From the NCBI GenBank assembly GCA_963836235.1, contig CAWIIP010000001.1, positions 49,191 to 113,190 on the forward strand: DNA of 64,000 bases. The letters run 5' to 3'. The position numbers and the translations under genes are program-made. The stretch is from an uncultured Pseudomonadota bacterium (lineage in GTDB: Bacteria; Oederibacteriota; Muellerivitia; Muellerivitales; Muellerivitaceae). Each line of letters begins with the position of its first letter. The stretch's first letter is position 1. The notes beneath the pieces were generated by a model, which searched no databases, was not told the origin of the DNA, and saw only the letters and a list, made by a program, of their open reading frames with translations. Below, in pieces: positions 59,711 through 64,000 of this stretch.

Positions 59711-60334
59711 TTGATTAAAATAGCTATATTTGCTTCAGGGGGCGGCTCAAACCTTCAGGCACTGATCGATGGGCAAGATACGGGGCTTTTTAAGGGTAAA
59801 ATCGGTCTGGTTTTCTCCAATGTGCCGGAATCGGGGGCCATGGAACGGGCCGAGAACCAGCGTATCGAATCCGTCGCCATTGCCAGCAAAGGATATCCGG
59901 GGAGTCGGGAAGAGTACGACCGGGAAGTTTTGGAACTTTGCCAACACAAGAAAATTGACCTGATTTGCCTTGCCGGGTATATGCGAATCCTGACGCCGGT
60001 TTTGATCAAACCCTATTTGTATAAGGTGATGAATATCCACCCAGCCCTCCTGCCGAAATTTGGTGGGGAAGGTATGTATGGTCACCATGTGCATGAGGCG
60101 GTGATTAAAGCGAAAGAAAAAGAATCGGGCGCCACAGTGCATTTTGTGACCGAGGGGGTGGATGCGGGCCCTATTATCCTACAAGGAAATGTAAGGGTTT
60201 TGCCCAATGACACGACTCAAACCCTGGCTGAAAAGGTTTTAAAAGTGGAGCATCATCTTTACCCGGAAGCGGTTCGGTTGTTTTGTGCGGGGAAAATTAA
60301 AGTAAGTGACGGACGAGTGAAAATATTGCCTTAA
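59711..60334 (+). CDS. purN: Phosphoribosylglycinamide formyltransferase
   Basis: N-terminus (M)IKIAIFASGGGSNLQALID; catalytic region …MNIHPALLPKFGG…H…; 207 aa; TTG start with SD AGGAG. Confidence 0.88.
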   Translation: MIKIAIFASGGGSNLQALIDGQDTGLFKGKIGLVFSNVPESGAMERAENQRIESVAIASKGYPGSREEYDREVLELCQHKKIDLICLAGYMRILTPVLIKPYLYKVMNIHPALLPKFGGEGMYGHHVHEAVIKAKEKESGATVHFVTEGVDAGPIILQGNVRVLPNDTTQTLAEKVLKVEHHLYPEAVRLFCAGKIKVSDGRVKILP

Positions 60335-60344
60335 AAGGTGTCCT

Positions 60345-60896
60345 GTGAAAGAAACCCCGTTGTTACCGCAGATTATTAAAACTTCTAAATCTGCAAGGTT
60401 ATTTGGTGGAATTGGGTCTGCGATTTTGATTTTCTTTATATTCCTTATCCCTTTGTTTGCATTGAAACCGCTTGGTTTAAATGACCTTTTGATGGTCGCT
60501 TTTGGCCTTTGTTCTTTGGCTTTATTACTTTTGCTGAAATGTTTTCAAAGTGTTCATTGTTCAGAAGAAGGGCTGGAGTTTTTTAAACTTATTTTTAAAA
60601 CAAAGAAAATATTATGGGATGAAATAGAGAAAGCGGAATTTGTTCGAAAAACAGGTTCTTATCAACTGACCTTTTATCCATATTCCATTATAAAATTTAC
60701 TGTTAAAGATGGTGGAAGTTTTGAATTGGTAAACAGCATTTTTTTTAACTTGAAGGATGTTTTGATCATTTGCGATTTGTTGAAAATGAAAGCGTTTAAT
60801 GCTGATGTGAATATCGATTCAAAGATGGTGGCGAAAGAGTTTGTTGTTGAAAAAAATTATGGAAATGGTGAGAGAAAATGTCTGAAGACAAAGTGA
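60345..60896 (+). CDS. Hypothetical membrane protein (2 TM + PH-like soluble domain), AT-rich orphan
   Basis: AT-rich codon usage unlike flanking pur genes; two N-terminal TM helices then about 110-aa domain resembling bacterial PH (YdbT-like) folds; overlaps purH start by 19 nt. Confidence 0.4.
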   Translation: MKETPLLPQIIKTSKSARLFGGIGSAILIFFIFLIPLFALKPLGLNDLLMVAFGLCSLALLLLLKCFQSVHCSEEGLEFFKLIFKTKKILWDEIEKAEFVRKTGSYQLTFYPYSIIKFTVKDGGSFELVNSIFFNLKDVLIICDLLKMKAFNADVNIDSKMVAKEFVVEKNYGNGERKCLKTK

Positions 60897-62452
60897 AAAT
60901 TAAAAGAGCGTTATTGAGCGTTTCGGACAAAACGGGATTGATTGATTTTGCCAAGCAATTGGTTGGACACGGGGCGGAGCTCATTTCAACAGGGGGAACC
61001 GCCAAAGCTATTAAGAACGCTGGTTTGGCCGTGAAGGATATTTCTGAAGTCACTGGTTTTCCCGAAATGTTGGACGGCCGGGTGAAGACCCTGCATCCAG
61101 TGGTACATGGCGGCCTCCTGTCTCTTCGCGACAATAAAGAACACATGGAAACCATCGCCAAACACAATATAAAGCCTATCGACTTGGTTTGTGTGAACCT
61201 CTATCCTTTCGAAGCTACGATTTCTAAACCCAACGTCGAACTCCACGAGGCCATTGAGAACATAGATATTGGCGGCCCGTCCATGATCCGCTCAGCGTCT
61301 AAAAACTACCGAAGTGTCACCGTGGTGACTTCGGCCTCCCAATACGCGGCGGTGGTCCGGGAAATGACTGAAAATAATGGGGCGACCACGTTTAAACTGC
61401 GGCAGGAACTGGCCATTGAGGCTTTTGGTAACACGGCCCGTTATGACGGAACCATTCATGAATACCTGCACCGCCGCCTTTCCGAAAAGAAATGGCCGGA
61501 TATCTTCACGATATCGGGGTTGAAAGTCCAAGAAATGCGTTACGGAGAGAATCCCCATCAGCCGGCAGCCTTTTATAAAGACCGCAATAATGCTTTGCCG
61601 ACTATCGCCAATGGCAAACAGTTGCAGGGCAAGGAACTTTCCTACAACAACATCATGGATGCGGACGCGGCCCTAGCCTTGGTGAAAGAATTTGACGATC
61701 CAGCCGCTACAATCATCAAACACACGAATCCATGTGGAACAGCCATTGGTACGGATGTTGCGGAAGCCTTTGCCAAGGCCTTCGCTTCGGATTCCTTATC
61801 CGCTTTTGGGGGCATCGTGGCGGTCAACCGTCCGGTCACCGAAAATACAGCCAAGATGATTTTAGAGAAGCTGAGCTTTTTCGAGATTATGCTGGCACCG
61901 TCCTACGACGAAGGGGTTTTGAAGGCTTTCGAAGCACGGAAAAACTTGAGGGTCATGTCGGTGGAAGGTTTGGGCAGATCGAAAGAAATCATCCCCGGTT
62001 ACCATGTGCGCCGGGTGGAAGGCGGCTTCCTGGTACAAGATTTCGACCAGGCGGTGGAGGATAAGGCCCAATTTAAGGTCGTGACCCAGGCACATCCTGA
62101 TCCGAAACTGGCTAAAGACATGGATTTCGGTTGGAAACTGGTGAAGCATGTGAAGTCTAACGGTATCGTTCTGGTCAAGAATGGGGTTTCCATTGGAGTT
62201 GGCGCCGGCCAGATGAACCGGGTCGGATCTTTGGAAATTGCCATCAAACAGGCGGGAGATATGGCCAAGGGAAGTGTGATGGCGTCCGACGCCTTATTAC
62301 CCTTCCGGGATAGCGTGGATGCCTGTGCCAAGGCGGGAGTGGCGGCGATTATTCAAACCGGGGGAAGCGTGAGAGATGGGGAAGTCATCGAGGCCGCCAA
62401 CCAGCATGGGATTCCAATGATTTTTACAACTTATCGGCATTTCAAGCATTAA
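60878..62452 (+). CDS. purH: Bifunctional AICAR transformylase / IMP cyclohydrolase
   Basis: MGS-like N-domain (…ALLSVSDKTGL…ISTGGTAK…) and AICARFT domain; 524 aa. Confidence 0.9.
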   Translation: MSEDKVKIKRALLSVSDKTGLIDFAKQLVGHGAELISTGGTAKAIKNAGLAVKDISEVTGFPEMLDGRVKTLHPVVHGGLLSLRDNKEHMETIAKHNIKPIDLVCVNLYPFEATISKPNVELHEAIENIDIGGPSMIRSASKNYRSVTVVTSASQYAAVVREMTENNGATTFKLRQELAIEAFGNTARYDGTIHEYLHRRLSEKKWPDIFTISGLKVQEMRYGENPHQPAAFYKDRNNALPTIANGKQLQGKELSYNNIMDADAALALVKEFDDPAATIIKHTNPCGTAIGTDVAEAFAKAFASDSLSAFGGIVAVNRPVTENTAKMILEKLSFFEIMLAPSYDEGVLKAFEARKNLRVMSVEGLGRSKEIIPGYHVRRVEGGFLVQDFDQAVEDKAQFKVVTQAHPDPKLAKDMDFGWKLVKHVKSNGIVLVKNGVSIGVGAGQMNRVGSLEIAIKQAGDMAKGSVMASDALLPFRDSVDACAKAGVAAIIQTGGSVRDGEVIEAANQHGIPMIFTTYRHFKH

Positions 62453-62482
62453 CAATAGAACCTAACTTGTTTGGAGGTTGGC

Positions 62483-63760
62483 TTGGATATTTTGGTTGTT
62501 GGTTCGGGTGGCCGGGAGCATGCCATGTGCTGGGCGCTTTCCAAATCCATTAGAAAACCCAAACTCTATTGCGCCCCGGGAAACGCCGGAATCGCCCAAT
62601 TGGCCGAATGCCTGGATATCTTGGCAGATGACATTCCCTCACTAGTGAAATGGGTAAAAGATCACGATCCCCATTTAGTTGTGATCGGCCCAGAAGTTCC
62701 CCTTTGCATGGGTTTGGCGGATGAGCTTTTAAAGGAAGGTTTCCAGGTTTTCGGACCCACCAAAGATGGAGCCCAAATGGAGGGAAGTAAGGATTTCGCC
62801 AAGAGGATTCTCCTGGATAACCATATTCCCACCGCAAAAGCCCAGACCTTTACCGACTATAAAAAAGCCTTAACCTATTTGCGAGCCCAAGGGGCGCCGA
62901 TTGTCATCAAGGCAGACGGATTGGCCGCCGGCAAAGGGGTGACGGTTTGCGAAACGCTTCCACAAGCCGAGGCGGCTTTAGAAGAATCCATGAAGAAGAA
63001 AGTTTTCGGCGATGCGGGTTCAAAAGTCGTCATTGAAGAATTTTTAGAAGGCGAAGAGGCCTCGATTCTCGCTTTTGTTGACGGAGAAACGATAGTGCCC
63101 ATGGTGAGCGCCCAGGACCATAAACGTGTCTTTGACGGCGACCAGGGGCCTAATACGGGCGGTATGGGGTCCTATTCACCCGCTCCAGTTGTTACGGAGA
63201 AACTAAATGAGGAGATACTAGAGAAAATTCTGAAGCCCACCGTAGCCGCGTTGAAACGCTTGGGAATCATCTATAAGGGCGTTTTGTACGCCGGGCTAAT
63301 GATCACAAAAGAGGGGCCCAAAGTGATCGAGTACAACTGTCGTTTTGGCGATCCCGAAACCCAAGTGGTTTTACCCCGTTTGAAAACCGATTTTGTGAAT
63401 ATATGCATGGCGGTAGCCCAAGGTAAACTCTCCCACCTGAAAGTTGAGTGGAACGAAGAGCAAGCGGCTTGCGTAGTGATGGCCTCGCAGGGATATCCAA
63501 GTTCTTACCCCAAAGGAAAAGTCATTGAAGGCCTTGAAAAAGCAGCCCAAAACCCTGATACCTATGTTTTCCATGCTGGAACCGCGTTGGAAGGCGGCAA
63601 AGTGGTGACATCGGGTGGTCGGGTACTATGTGTGACGGGTGTGGGAAAGACCCTCCAGAAGGCCATCGAAAAGGCTTATGGGGCGGTAAAGGAAATTCGG
63701 TTTGACGGAGCCCATTACCGTAAAGACATCGCTTGGCGTGCCTTGAAAAGCAATCGTTAG
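62483..63760 (+). CDS. purD: Phosphoribosylamine--glycine ligase
   Basis: Probable TTG start 62483 (SD GGAGG) giving (M)DILVVGSGGREHA…; ATP-grasp fold; ORF track starts at 62471. Confidence 0.88.
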   Translation: MDILVVGSGGREHAMCWALSKSIRKPKLYCAPGNAGIAQLAECLDILADDIPSLVKWVKDHDPHLVVIGPEVPLCMGLADELLKEGFQVFGPTKDGAQMEGSKDFAKRILLDNHIPTAKAQTFTDYKKALTYLRAQGAPIVIKADGLAAGKGVTVCETLPQAEAALEESMKKKVFGDAGSKVVIEEFLEGEEASILAFVDGETIVPMVSAQDHKRVFDGDQGPNTGGMGSYSPAPVVTEKLNEEILEKILKPTVAALKRLGIIYKGVLYAGLMITKEGPKVIEYNCRFGDPETQVVLPRLKTDFVNICMAVAQGKLSHLKVEWNEEQAACVVMASQGYPSSYPKGKVIEGLEKAAQNPDTYVFHAGTALEGGKVVTSGGRVLCVTGVGKTLQKAIEKAYGAVKEIRFDGAHYRKDIAWRALKSNR

Positions 63761-64000
63761 TCATCACATCTAAAATACATTAAATAGTTTTAGGATTTGG
63801 CAGAAGCTTTGCTTTATCGCGCTTGAACCATGAAAATTTTCAGTTTTTGTGCTGAAAAATCCATATTTCTTTGAGAAGATTAAACCAAGGCTAGATATGT
63901 TGATCGAGAAAGCGTACTTTTGACGAATGGAAAAAAACATGAGTGAACAAACCAATCTCAAATCATTGCCTTATTCCCCGGCCAACTTGTCGCAAGTTGC

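Noticed and set aside
1-64000. CRISPR arrays, tRNA, rRNA or tmRNA genes
   Set aside because: No regularly spaced direct repeats, no tRNA-like T-arm/acceptor patterns in intergenic regions, and no rRNA-like sequence; intergenic space is short except at 20517-21080 and 56055-56528.
63939-64000. Partial ORF starting at ATG 63939 (MSEQTNLKSLPYSPANLSQV…) running off the window
   Set aside because: Only about 20 codons are visible, the RBS is weak and there is no recognisable motif; too little sequence to call.

Overview
This 64 kb window is a gene-dense, mostly core-housekeeping stretch of a bacterial chromosome (about 50-55% GC, apparently a diderm because BamA, TamB and LolCDE are present). I found no canonical defence system, CRISPR array, tRNA or rRNA; all calls are from reading the sequence and motif recall, with no database searches run. 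Main blocks in order: (1) the distal NADH:quinone oxidoreductase operon nuoH(partial)-I-J-K-L-M-N; (2) a heme operon with a CcsA-family hemX-like gene, hemA, hemC, a cobA/hemD fusion, hemB and hemL; (3) two tandem paralogous secreted TPR proteins, an AT-rich small ORF and a secreted GH5 glycosidase; (4) a minus-strand block rarA / 5-formyl-THF cyclo-ligase / YmdB-like phosphoesterase; (5) glgP, then zapA, a ZapB-like coiled-coil gene and pheT on the minus strand; (6) prfB (with its programmed +1 frameshift) and lysS, lolC/E-lolD, mcsA-mcsB-clpC; (7) a 1968-aa TamB-like protein directly upstream of bamA; (8) an IS30-family insertion sequence; (9) surE, an Nfu-like gene, and a purine biosynthesis cluster (purB-S-Q-L-F ... 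purM ... purN ... purH-purD) interrupted by unrelated genes. The most notable observation is a local cluster of six reading-frame breaks within about 3.3 kb (purL, purF and a GGDEF cyclase gene), while every other long gene is intact. Other points worth a second look are two AT-rich orphan genes, the tandem TPR paralogs, and the Firmicutes-like McsA/McsB/ClpC module in a diderm background.
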